Positions 38,881 through 50,160 of a stretch of 64,000 nucleotides of DNA are shown in pieces. The DNA lies in NCBI GenBank assembly GCA_043228905.1, contig JBHGNT010000013.1:18786001-18850000 (forward strand), read 5' to 3'. The stretch's first letter is position 1, and the number at the start of each line of letters is the position of its first letter. The notes beneath the pieces are model-generated. The model had not been told where the DNA came from. It did not search any database and saw only the letters and a program-made list of their open reading frames with translations. Both the position numbers and the translations under genes were made by a program. Source of the DNA: Azolla caroliniana. Its lineage: Eukaryota > Plantae > Polypodiophyta.

Positions 38881-38913
38881 CGACATATTACCTGTTTCAA
38901 ATGACCCGGTGTT
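38881..38913 (-). repeat. Right terminal inverted repeat
   Basis: CGACATATTACCTGTTTCAAATGACCCGGTGTT. Confidence 0.95.
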
Positions 38914-41900
38914 CCAAGCTTGGTTTGCACCATTGGTAGAAACCTCGTCATCTCTATTGGAGGACTTTCCCGCCTTCCTCGCCGAGTTAGAGGCCACATT
39001 TGGAGAGGCGGACCGACAACGTACAACTCTTAACAAGATTTATGCACACGAACAAGGTTCGCGTGCAGCTTCAGTCTATGCTTCAGAATTTCGACAACTA
39101 GCATGCAACATCAATTGGGATGATCAAGCTTTAGCTGATCACTTTCGGCGCGGCCTTCGAAGCAATGTCAAGAATCTTCTCTTAAACTTTCCGGAGCCCA
39201 CCTCGTTATCCCAAGCGATTTCACAAGCAGTCCATTGTGACAATCGTCTTTTCGAATTTCACCAAGAAGAGCGCCGGACTTGGGTTCCACCTCATTCACT
39301 TCCACGCCACGCCCCGGTCATACAACCCCAAGCATCCTCACACTCGCCTACTTTGGCAGATGCTCCTATCCCCATGGAAATTGATCAAGCCCAATTTCGA
39401 CCATTGACTGATGCTGAACGACAACTTCGGCGGGCTAATGGCTTGTGCATGTATTGTGGCGCCTTTGGTCATGTCGTTCGCCATTGTACTAGGAGTACTC
39501 GCCCACAATTCCATCAAGTTAACGGACCCCAACATCCGGAGAACGACATCGTTCGGTTGCAGTAGGAGTCATGCAACTGGACATCTCCCATCGCCCACAT
39601 TCTCTTGGTTCCATTGCCGGACCATCAGGCAATTTCACATTGGAGGTATGGCTTTCGTTTAACTCTAGTTCCATTCAGTCTGTTGCTTTACTTGATTCTG
39701 GGGCATCTTCTTGCTTCATCGACGTCGCGTTTGCCCAAGCACATGGCGTACCTGTCGTTGGCCTCTCAAAACCCATTCCAGTTGAAGCCATTGACGGGTG
39801 CGTCCTCTCGTCAGGTGCCATTACTCAAGCTACAATCCCATTAGGGCTTCGAGTGGGATCAGACCAAGAGGAGCTCGCTTTTTACCTCATCGCATCTCCT
39901 CGACATCCGATCGTCTTAGGACTAACGTGGTTGGAGGCGCACAATCCAATAGTGGATTGGTGCAACCGCTCGATCACATTTAGCAAGCCAAGATGCTCGT
40001 GCAAAAGTATGAAGGTAAATTCAGTTTCCTATCCTTCGGAGACGGTCGACTCCGAATTGACTACCCCATCATCGGTCCAGGATAGGTTTGTTTGTGGCGC
40101 CATTTCTAACACACTCCATGTTATTCCTGAAAAATACCAAGAAATCTCCGACGTATTTGAAAAATGTAATGTTGATCGTTTGCCTGAACACCGGCTCTAC
40201 GACTGTCTGATTGATCTTCAAGAAGGTGCGTGTCCACCCTTTGGTCCTCTATATGCATTGTCTGCACTAGAGTTGAAGGTCCTTCGTGTGTATCTCGATG
40301 AGAACCTCGAGAAAGGATTTATTCAACCTTCTAAGTCACCAGCCGGGGCCCCCATTTTATTTGTGAAGAAGAAGGACGGCTCTCTACGCTTATGCGTCGA
40401 CTACCGAGGTCTCAACAAACTCACTGTGCGCAACCGCTATCCGCTACCCCTGATCCCCGAACTCCTTGATCAGCTCCGAGTTGCGCGTGTCTTCTCCAAA
40501 GTTGATCTGCGTGGAGCGTACAATCAAGCCGGGGGATGAATGGAAAACCACATTTCGAACACGGTATGGGCATTTCGAATACAAGGTAATGCCTTTTGGT
40601 CTTACTAACGCTCCCGCAGTTTTTCAACATATGATGAACGATATATTCCGGGAATATCTTGATCTTTTTGTTGTCATTTACCTCGATGATATTCTCATTT
40701 TCTCGCCAAACATGGAGGAGCACACTCGCCAAGTCCGATTAGTTCTTGCCAAACTTCGCGACCATGGCCTTTATGCCAAAGGCGAGAAATGCGAGTTCGA
40801 CCGTACCTCGATCGAATTTTTGGGCTACATCATCTCGCCCACTGCCATCACCATGGATATGAAGAAGGTCTCTGTCATTCAGGCGTTGGCGACTCCAAGG
40901 CGACTTAAAGATGTGCAATCCTTCCTCGGCTTCGCAAATTTTTACCGTCGCTTCATCAAGGGGTTTTCCACCCTAGCACAACCTCTTATCGCTCTCACCC
41001 ATAAAGGCACTCCATTTTTATGGACTTCGGAGGCGCAAAATGCATTCGACGCACTCAAACACACATTCATCACTGCCCCTGTGTTGCTACATGCCGACCC
41101 CACAAAACCCTTCCAAGTCGAAACCGATGCCTCTGACTTTGCCATTGGCGCCATCTTATCCCAGGCAGACGACAACAACCTAATGCACCTAGTGGCTTAC
41201 TATTCCCGAAAATTTACGGCATCCGAAATCAATTATCCCATTTACGACAAGGAGCTTGCCGCTATCATTGCTGCCTTTGAAGAATGGCGACCCTACTTGG
41301 CCGGCACACAACATCGTGTCCAGGTAGTGACTGATCATAAAAATTTAGTTTATTTTTCCACCACTCGTACTTTGAATCGAAGGCAGGCCCGTTGGTCGAC
41401 ATTTCTAGCTGACTACGATTTTCAGATCGTATTTCGACCTGGTGGCCAACATGGGAAGGCTAATGGCCTTTCTCGCCGAGCTGACCTTGCACTCTGCCCT
41501 GGGGATGCTGCTTATGCTCAACAATCTAGACGTTTGTTGAAACCCGGCCAATTGCATCTTTTTGCCACTTGTATGTTGCAGGATGATTCTTTACTCCAAC
41601 AAATCACTGATGCATCCAAGACCGATGCGTTCGCCAACGAGATTCGAGATAGTCTCCAAGGCGACCAAAAGGAAGGATCTTGACACCTTCAGCATACAAG
41701 AGGGTTTGTTGTTCCGAGATCATCTCTTATACGTCCCAGAGGGCCCATGTCGCACCCGGGTGTTGCGGGAATGCCACGATGACCCTCTTGCAGGTCATTT
41801 CGGGGTCGCGAAAACCCTTGAGCTAATCTCTTGGGGGTATTGGTGGCCACAACCATGGAAGTTGGTCAAAGAATACATAAAGAGTTGTGAGGTTTGTGCT

Positions 41901-42120
41901 CGCTCCAAAGCCACTCATCATCGGCCATACGGCTTACTACAGCCGCTTCCATGTCCTCGTCATCCTTGGGCCTCTATCTCTATGAACCTGATAATTGATC
42001 TACTGTTGGTCATTGTCGATCGGTTTACGAAGATGGCTCACTTCACTCCATGCTCCAAAACCATTTCCGGAGAAAGAATGGTGCATCTACTACTCAACAA
42101 TGTGGTACGCTTGCATGGAC
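38914..42120 (+). pseudogene. pol: Gypsy gag C-terminal half and pol (PR, RT, RNase H, partial integrase)
   Basis: CMYCGAFGHVVRHC zinc knuckle; ALLDSGAS; [11 protein letters not shown]; MPFGLTNAP; YLDD; ETDAS; HDDPLAGHFG; VDRFTKMAHF. Confidence 0.93.
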
Positions 42121-43282
42121 TATTGTAGATTCACATGCGTGCAACAAGTATAAATAGAGGAGTTCACCTTGACGGAATTCAAGGTGAACAACACCAGTTA
42201 TGGAGTCTTTCCTTTAATACTATCTTCTTTCTTGTCCATTTGGTTATCTTCTCGCTTCTCTCTTGAGCTTATGATCCGTGACACTAACAAGCTTTGGCAA
42301 TTTATGTCAGCTCTTGGATTGACGATCCCTGACTTGCCAAGCTTGAGGGGGAGTACAAGCGAGAACTAGATACTGTCTGAACCGGGTACGAACCGAAGCG
42401 GACACCGGAGATCGTTTGAACCAGATACCAGCCGAAGCGGATATCAACAAAAAGGAATCAACCCGAGTCGAGCTTGAGGGGGAGTGTTGAGAATCAAGCT
42501 CAACATAGTACAACATGTGAAGAAACCTTTTGAGAATCCATGATTACTCAAAGGTCAAGAGTCATACCACTACTCTCTACACATTAACTATGTGTCATAG
42601 AATCATATTCTATGACACATAACTAATGAGTTACATATTCCCCATGACTATGAGTCTTCACATTCCCCAAGAGATAGAGTGGTTGTTATAGTTAGTTAAT
42701 GAAGAGAGAGGGTGACTATATATAAAGCAGCCTCCTCACACTTCATACTAAGTCGGTTGTGACTCCTTGTAATGCTACATTTTGTAATTCTTATTCTACT
42801 TGTGAAATATACACCTTCATCTTGAGTTCTATTTTCTCTCCTCTCTCTTTCTCTCACACATATACGCACATAACACACATCTATTCCGTTGCACAAGAAT
42901 CACCATCGATTCTTTACAGACCTCATACGCCTACATAACATATGTATGTCAACGTAATACGCAATTGAGGTATTAACCTCGTACGCATACGACACGAATC
43001 ACATATCAAATATATGTCAAACGAGGTATTGACCTCATACATGTATGTAAACATTTTATACAACCAATTAATGACCACTACAAGATCATTGAATCAATGA
43101 AAGAAAACACATATTGAGTATACATGATTAGATTGGGAAAAGAAAGAATAAAAAACAAAACAAGAAAGAGTTACCGAAGTTTGTTTGTTGATCACTATCT
43201 GGATCAAGGCCGACCGCACGTCGATCAATCACCATCCATCAAGAAGACAAAAACCAACAAAATCTAAACATTAGAAACCATA

Positions 43283-43772
43283 GCTCTGATACCAATTGTT
43301 AGAGTTATGATCTAACGTAAGCATATGATAAGGATAAAAGATATAAGAAATAAGAATTTAGGTGAGAAAGAAAGAAGGGTGTTGATCCACCCGACCACCC
43401 CCGAGCGAAGGGATCGAGACGGACTCGAGCCTGGATTGGCGTCGCATACCACCACCGTGGCATCAAGTTGTACCTGGTGCTGGCACGCTCGCTACAAGAG
43501 TTTCCCCTCCACGAAACAGAGTCTCGACATAATCAAGAGATGATGAAATGAGGGTAGTTGATGAAATGAGGGTAGTTAGGCCTCATATTTATAGCCAAAC
43601 CTAAGGCCCGCATGCAAGTTCACACTTGGCCTAATGGGTTGTCTCAATCCCGAGGATTAAAAGTAATCCTCCCCTTCTTTACATTCTCGTTTAACCCTCA
43701 CACTTTATCCACGTGTATAGAATACTATGGTAAATTCTCACCATAGGATATTATATGGTCATGCCCGTAACA
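43283..43772 (-). repeat. LTR with adjacent tRNA-Met PBS (minus strand)
   Basis: GCTCTGATACCA at 43283-43294, then TGTTAG (43297) to GTAACA (43772). Confidence 0.65.
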
Positions 43773-44515
43773 ATGAAGAAGGACCTTTGAAAACAAGGTC
43801 GAGGTCGATTGAGAGGGCCACAAAATTGGCGAACCAGGAGTTGTGTTGATCCATCTGGCAAAAGAATCTTGTAAGTCTGTACAGGTACAACGAGTATATG
43901 GCGCATGATTATACGTACATGGCGAAGGTGACAACAGTGTGTGAATCGGAGAGCTGCGTAGAAGCGGCCAGGAATCCAAATTGGCAAAAGGCAATGGAGG
44001 AAGAGATGCACGCAATCATGGAAAATGAAACATGGGACTTGGTTGATGTACTGAAAGGAGTGAAGCCGATCGGATATTTGCATCAGGGAGAAAGGTGTCG
44101 CCCACGAACTGTACTTCAAGCGGAAGCCAAATTTGGGGCACCTTTAAAGGTATTTGGTAGCATTGCTTATGTGAATGTGCCGGATGGGAAGCGAAAGAAG
44201 CTGGAGAAATGCATCTTAGTTGGCTACTCCAACGAGAAGAAGGGGTACAAGTGCTACAACCCTCGGTCAAAGCAAGTCCGAGTTATCCACGATGTCATTT
44301 TTGATGAATCGGCATCTTTGTACTTCGCACCACCCAAAACCGAAACCGATGGTGTGAGACAAGGCAACAGATTCCGGAACAGAGGGAAGTATTACGGAAT
44401 CTGAACTAGCGGATAGTCCGACTTCCCTCCGGATAAGTGGACCGAATCTAAACTGGTTGAGCTGGAGCAATCAATCGGATGATGAGCCGGCAAGTAGTGG
44501 AGACTTGGTCATGCT
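43773..44515 (+). pseudogene. Rearranged copia pol fragments (RT start joined to post-integrase region)
   Basis: NWQKAMEEEM...NETWDLV..KPIG fused to LKVFGSIAYV...KCILVGYS..KGYKCYNP. Confidence 0.8.
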
Positions 44516-44732
44516 TAGGGATCGGCAACGGTTCGGTTTAGGCTTAACCAATTTTGCCTTATCCAAGCCAAACCGGTTAAGCCTTAACCATTTTAGGGTT
44601 CTCAAACCTAAACCAAACCAAACCATTTTGATCCCTAAACCGGTTTAGGCGAAATCGGTTTGGCCTGAACTGGTTTGTGAATCGGTTTGAGAAACGGATT
44701 GGAAACCGGCTTGTGAACCAGTTTGGAAACCT
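44516..44732 (+). mobile_element. Possible hAT-type (MITE) terminus with AACCG/CGGTT subterminal repeats
   Basis: Begins TAGGGATCGGCAACGG; dense AACCGGTT/AAACC repeats; no partner TIR found. Confidence 0.45.
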
Positions 44733-44999
44733 CTCTCCCTCCCTCTTTCTCTCTCACGTCTTTGTAGTCTCCCTCTCTCTCTCAGACGATCCAATATGTA
44801 ATATGTAATATACAAGCTCCCTCCCTATCTCTCTCTCTCTCTCTAATCTCACGTCTATGTTCTCTCTCTCTCTCTCTCTCTCTCCTCGTTATGTGTCATA
44901 GGACATTAACTTCTATGACACACTAGTTACTATACAAGGAGGTGAGGTGTTCGCACACTTGAGTATCCTAAAGTGTGTTCCCACTCAGAGAAAGTTCAG

Positions 45000-45415
45000 T
45001 TTGATTCTCAACAATTGTCAACGTATAACACAACACAGGTTCTACTTTATCGTGGACGTATAACACAACACAGGTGTGTTGCGTTGGGTTGTGTTTCTTG
45101 TGGTCCCTCAATATAGCTCCAATAACCTTGGACAGCAAGGTATTGGTGCATCTTGTATTCCCAAGATGCAAAGTTATTTTTGTCCCGCTTTTGACTGGGA
45201 GAGAGTTGCCCATTTGAGTGTTCAGGATGGTTGACTGGTTGAAGTTGTTTTCCTTCGTCTTCTTCTTCTATGTCTAATGAGCCGGTTCTACTTGATCGTC
45301 GACATATAACATAAAATAGGTGAATGGGTTGGATCATAATACCGATCACTCTTGTACCATCTAAAGAATCAATTATATGATTCTATGTAGTGGAATAGAG
45401 ATGTCTGTGTGTGTT

Positions 45416-45498
<83 letters not shown>

Positions 45499-45690
45499 CG
45501 ACATACGATAGACAAAAAGCTAAGATTAAATGTATTCACAAGAAAATTATATCCAACCAATACAAAGAAGAGGAGATGGTGCTTATATAATCACCTTCTC
45601 TCTATATTCTCTTACTTCAACTACCTTTTGGGAAAAAGGAGGGAACTTACCTACCTACTAACTATGTGTGACCATATTGTTTGCCAATGT
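45000..45690 (-). mobile_element. Copia remnant: gag N-terminus, PBS and LTR with (GT)n(GA)n microsatellite
   Basis: NNFASWEYKMHQYL matches the gag starts at 9702 and 26611; decayed PBS at ~45349-45359. Confidence 0.75.
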
Positions 45691-46150
45691 CAAATTTGGA
45701 CCCTCCCTTCTCCTAGTGTCTCTGGTTTTGTATTACCTTCCTTATTCTCTTTTCTTCAACCAGAACCTCATAGTTTTGGCAAGCATCCTCCACAAAGCAT
45801 GTCTTCTCTTCCATTGGGTCTTCTCACCCAATCACTTTTTGGACTCTCTTCTCGGCGTCCTCTACTTCATCCTTTTGGAGCTTCTTTTTCGTGACTAGGG
45901 ATAAATGGCCATAACTCAACATCTTTATTGCCTTGTCTTCATGCCTCCTTTCCAACTCAAATCCCCACTAATGCGGAGTAGTTGATGGCTTGGACCCCAT
46001 TTCCCACAAAATAAATGATGTATTAGCGTAGAGCCTCTTGGAACTCCTCACACTCTATATGTTTCAATTTCCTTTGTACATTTTTGTAAATATTAAAAAT
46101 GTGTTTCTTTTCTTTTTAGTCTGTGAGAGTGAAAGTGTTAGAGTAATTTT

Positions 46151-46672
46151 TGTTAACCGTTTCTGGGGGAAACACCTTCGATGAGCCCACAGGCTATCGG
46201 TATCAAGGGGTCGTGTTACGTCGGGCCCTCTTCTACACCGAGAAGACGTTATGGGAACGAGGAGCGTACATGGGCTACAACATGGTAGACGTAGAAGTAG
46301 CTCGGTTTACGAGTACGGGGAGAATACACAGATGAAGGAACAGTAAGAGCAAGATTTATTTTAGATGATAAAGCTCACCGCGATTACAGTACACGGCTCT
46401 CAGCCGGAAACAGTTTTGTGTAGAGCTCTGTGCTACGATATTAATCCTGCTAAATGATCTATGTATCTCTCCCTCTCGAGGTATGCAGGTCTCGGCTTAT
46501 ATAGTTTTCTTCTTTACACAGAGCCGAGCCATCGGCTGATTGTAAGGGCTCAAAACTCGACTATTTTAGTTCTACCTATTTCCTCACCTACTTTTCTACC
46601 TACCGGCGAGTTTACATATTTTGTTTTTTTATATTTCTAGCCTATGGACAACACCTGGCACGCCCGTGGGAC
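46151..46672 (+). repeat. 5' LTR (46151-46653) and PBS TGGCACGCCCGTGGGAC of a non-chromovirus gypsy-like element
   Basis: TGTT...CAACA boundaries; TATA at ~46498; TGG-initiated PBS 2 nt downstream. Confidence 0.65.
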
Positions 46673-47149
46673 AGGACTTTGTCCGTCGGACCCATGATTC
46701 ATAAGTGGAGGGATAACAACAGATTTTGCCAAAAGTTTTACAAAATTGCCCTTTCATACAAGGGGCTTACGGATTTGTTTTAATCCTCTTCTAATATGCC
46801 GAGGATATTCTCGGGGGTGTGGAGTTGGTCTGGCTGCTCGGAAGGTGGGGTTGGTGTTGGGGGTTTTGCTGCTGAGTCCGGGATGGTTGTGTCTTCACGT
46901 GCACCGCCCTCTGTTGGTTCCGATTCAGGCAGGGTCGTGATCGTAGTTTGTTGCTCGATTGTGATGTGGGTGTCTGTAGGGGCGGGTCCCTCTTGTCTGG
47001 CTTCCGTGGTGGTTGTTGTTGTCGGCTCTCGTTCGTGGGAGCTTTGTTCGTCATGGTAGCTAGGTGTTCCTCCTCGTAAGCTTCGGCTTCTAAACGGAAC
47101 ATCATTTGATCGTCGTTGAATTCCTCTAGAAGTTGCTCGATTGCCATAG

Positions 47150-47365
47150 TGTGGGATTCTACTAAGGTATGATATTCCTCCCTTAAACGGGAGAAAAACA
47201 GTAGTACACATAGATTTACGTGGAAACCCTTAAATGGGAGAAAACCACGGGAAATAGAGCTTCATTATACATCAAGTATACAATATAGAAAGTTACAACA
47301 CTCCCCACGAGGGTATTAGCCACGCAGGGCTCTTCATGTCTGTTATTATTCACATAGCTATAGCG

Positions 47366-47404
<39 letters not shown>

Positions 47405-47678
47405 ACAGTTCATACTAAAAAACAACCCACACTAAATGTTTGCCCTAGTTTCATATATACTTACACAACTTTCTGGTTATTTACATACGTAACCCTCATG
47501 GAGCGCACACTTAGACTATTTACAAGTATAGTCTCCCGAGTTGGCTGTTTACACAATTCCGGTTTTGGCCTCAGCCGAGTCCCTCATCAACTCGGCTCCT
47601 ATTGTTTTCCGACTCTTCGACTATCGGCTTTCCGAACCTGTCGGATCATCCTCCCACTGGAGGGACATATTCCCAACA
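47150..47678 (-). repeat. Copia solo LTR
   Basis: TGTGGGA...TCCCAACA; flanks CATAG/TGTAG, consistent with a CpG-decayed CGTAG TSD; ACGTGGAAACCC..GAAAACCACG motif. Confidence 0.8.
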
Positions 47679-50160
47679 TGTAGTTCAGCGGCTTGGGCTG
47701 ACTATTCCTGGCATACACGGTCGAGCATTTCCTCGATCTTCTTGGTGAGTTGCTGGCGATATTTGTTGATCAGGATCTTTATTTTGGTATCGTCCATGCC
47801 GATGCTAGCTCGGTGAACTTCCACTTCCTCCCTTGTGGCCTTAGCGTCTTCTTGGCATTTGCGGACGAGGAGCTCCAGAGTAGCCTGGTTATCCTTTCCT
47901 TTTGCGGTTACGAGCGCGATTGTCTGCTCGTAACGTTTGGTGAGCAGAGCTACAGTTTCGTCCATTTCCTGTCTCCAAGCGTCCCATTGTTGTTACCTGG
48001 CGGCGATGTCCTCTGTTTTCAACTGGTGATAAGCATCGGAAATTTGCGCCCTTTGCTCTTCCTAGATCTTCCACTTTTGCATGTGTTCGTTTGCCAATTC
48101 TTGTAGTTCCCTTTGTGGATGGCGTAATTCCTGGTTGTTTGCGAATAGCTCGCGTTCCCGTTGGCTATTCCTCTCTACTTCTTTGATGAATCATTCTTTG
48201 GCCTCGATGATAGCGACCTGAAGGTTCATCACCTCTCTTTCTTGTGCTTTGAGTGTGGCCAAGCGTTCAACAAGCAATCGCTTGAGGTTAGCTTCTCGGC
48301 CTGCGGCTTGTTCCCATAGTTGGCCAATAGTGTTGTTGTGGTTTTGTTCTGCTAACTCGGCCCGAGCAATCGGAACCTTGAGCTCGTCTTGGTAGTCACG
48401 GAGGGGAGTCCCTATCTAGGTTGCAGCTTGTTGGTTCTGGAGATTGGGTTCCTTGTCCGTCTGTGTAGATCTTTCCATGACGACAGGCGGTCGTGGCATT
48501 TGCATCGAGGCGTGGCTGGTTTGGGGGTATAGGCTTTTATCTGCCAATGACGATGTTTCTCTTGTATGTACCAAATCCATCATTGTGCTTGCATCGACCG
48601 TGGCTATCCTCGGGTGAGCTACACGTCGTTGTTGTGTGCTTCGGTAACAGTAGCACTTAGGCTCGGGTTTGGAAGAGGGGCTGGTGAGACATCGTTACTC
48701 GGGGCATGGAGGCTTAAGGGCGGTTGTTCTCGATGTTGCTGCTCCAATGACGCCAGTTTCTGCTCGGCGGCTTGCCATAGCTCAGTGGCCCGTTTGGCTT
48801 GCTCTGGTGTCGTTTTGATACGTCAGGCCATGTCCTTGGCTGCCCGAGTTGTGTGGTGCAAATTTCGATATGCCTCGACTAAGGCCGTGTTCAGATCTGG
48901 TAGCTCCATGAGGAGAGAAGAATTTTGTGCTTGCTTCTTCCGACCTATCTTCTGTAAGGCTCGATCCTCTTGAGGTTCGAGTTCTCCCATTAGTGCGCAT
49001 TGGATCATCTTTGTTTCCGCGTGCTCCTCGGCCATATGAGCGGCAGCAGCTACTTGGGCGTGTGCAAGGAAATCCATCAACTCATATGTTGTGCCCAGGC
49101 GAAGTAGTGCACTAAACTCGTATGCCTTTGCGGGGAGGTCTTTGTAACCGAGGACTTCCTCCTTTGATATCTACGTGGTTTGTCCATGCTCGATCCTACC
49201 TACTTGGAGCCATGACTCTACTGGTACCATGGTCGTGGAGGTCAGTTGGCCTCCTTTAATTTCTGATGATGAGTCCCCTCGGTTTCTATAGTCGACTCGT
49301 GATTGATGTGTCGTCTCGTTTTCGGCTAATCCTGTGAGTCTCGGGCCTATGGTGTTAGCTCCTTGGCTTGTTTCCTCTTTTGTTACCATATGCCCGAGGG
49401 CTGCTGGTTTGTGGGGCGTGGGCTCGGTTGTGGAGAGGGCATCAATGTCCTGGTGTCTTCTGTCGTATGGTGACATCCTCAGTGATGGGCTCCTTGGCCT
49501 CGTCCCATTCGACATGGTGTCGCGTTACTACGCACGTGCGTGGAGAAACGAGGCGGGACCACCGGGGTCTTGAACCGAAGAGCAGGTGATAGGAGGGGAA
49601 AGAGAAAGAGTGAGACGACCGGTTACGTATGAGCAAAGAAACATAGGGACACGGCCCATCAACGCAGAAAACACGAATGGACACAGAGACAGAGAGACAC
49701 GAAAGTTTGTATATTAACGAATAACAAATACACAACAGAGCGCGCGAGCAGTTACAACCGAACAGGCCGGCGAACAGACGCCGATGCCTGTTCGTCTGCG
49801 CACGAAAGGGGGTAGGATGGAGGTGCTGCCGGAAGCACACGAGTGTTCCTCGAAGCAGCGCGAGCCTCCCGAAAACCTGCAGAGAAGAGCAATAGAGAAC
49901 AAACAGAGGAGAAGCGTTCGGTTACGGTCCGATAGCACTTCGTCCTCCTCAATGCGCGATCCCTTTCTCCCCGTGCCTCCCTCTCTTTTATAGCTTCAAG
50001 AAGGGAGCCGTCTCCCTCATTTACTTCCCACCTACCGAATCTAACTCCCAGGATATACCTATGTACCTAATTCTCTATTATATACATTAAGGGGCGCGTA
50101 CGCGTGAAGAGCCAGTTCACGCGCGATATGCACCGATTGCTCTAGAAGGGACGGTTTTCT

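Larger units (their letters stand above)
31510..38913. mobile_element. 7.4-kb TIR DNA transposon (Sola-like) with both ends intact, carrying a ParB-methyltransferase gene (copy 2)
   Basis: 33-bp TIRs at 31510-31542 and 38881-38913 (1 mismatch); TSD CCAA at 31506-31509 and 38914-38917; excision restores gag ...LSGPAQAWFAPL... Confidence 0.95.
30737..42283 (+). mobile_element. Ty3/gypsy chromovirus-like retrotransposon nested in the copia RNase H
   Basis: 5' LTR 30737-31090; truncated 3' LTR ~42120-42283, both ending CCGTGACA; decayed TSD TTGAC/CTAAC; gag is split by the DNA transposon at 31509/38914. Confidence 0.92.
26010..42918 (+). mobile_element. Full-length Ty1/copia retrotransposon, interrupted by a nested gypsy
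   Basis: LTRs 26010-26443 and 42485-42918 (434 bp, TG..CA); TSD GACCT at 26005-26009 and 42919-42923; PBS TGGTATTAGAGC; PPT GAGGGGGAG. Confidence 0.97.

Noticed and set aside
39540-39575. Programmed readthrough or frameshift at the gag TAG (39563-39565), with pol in the same frame
   Set aside because: Plausible, but it cannot be told apart from a CAG>TAG decay mutation in a single degenerate copy.
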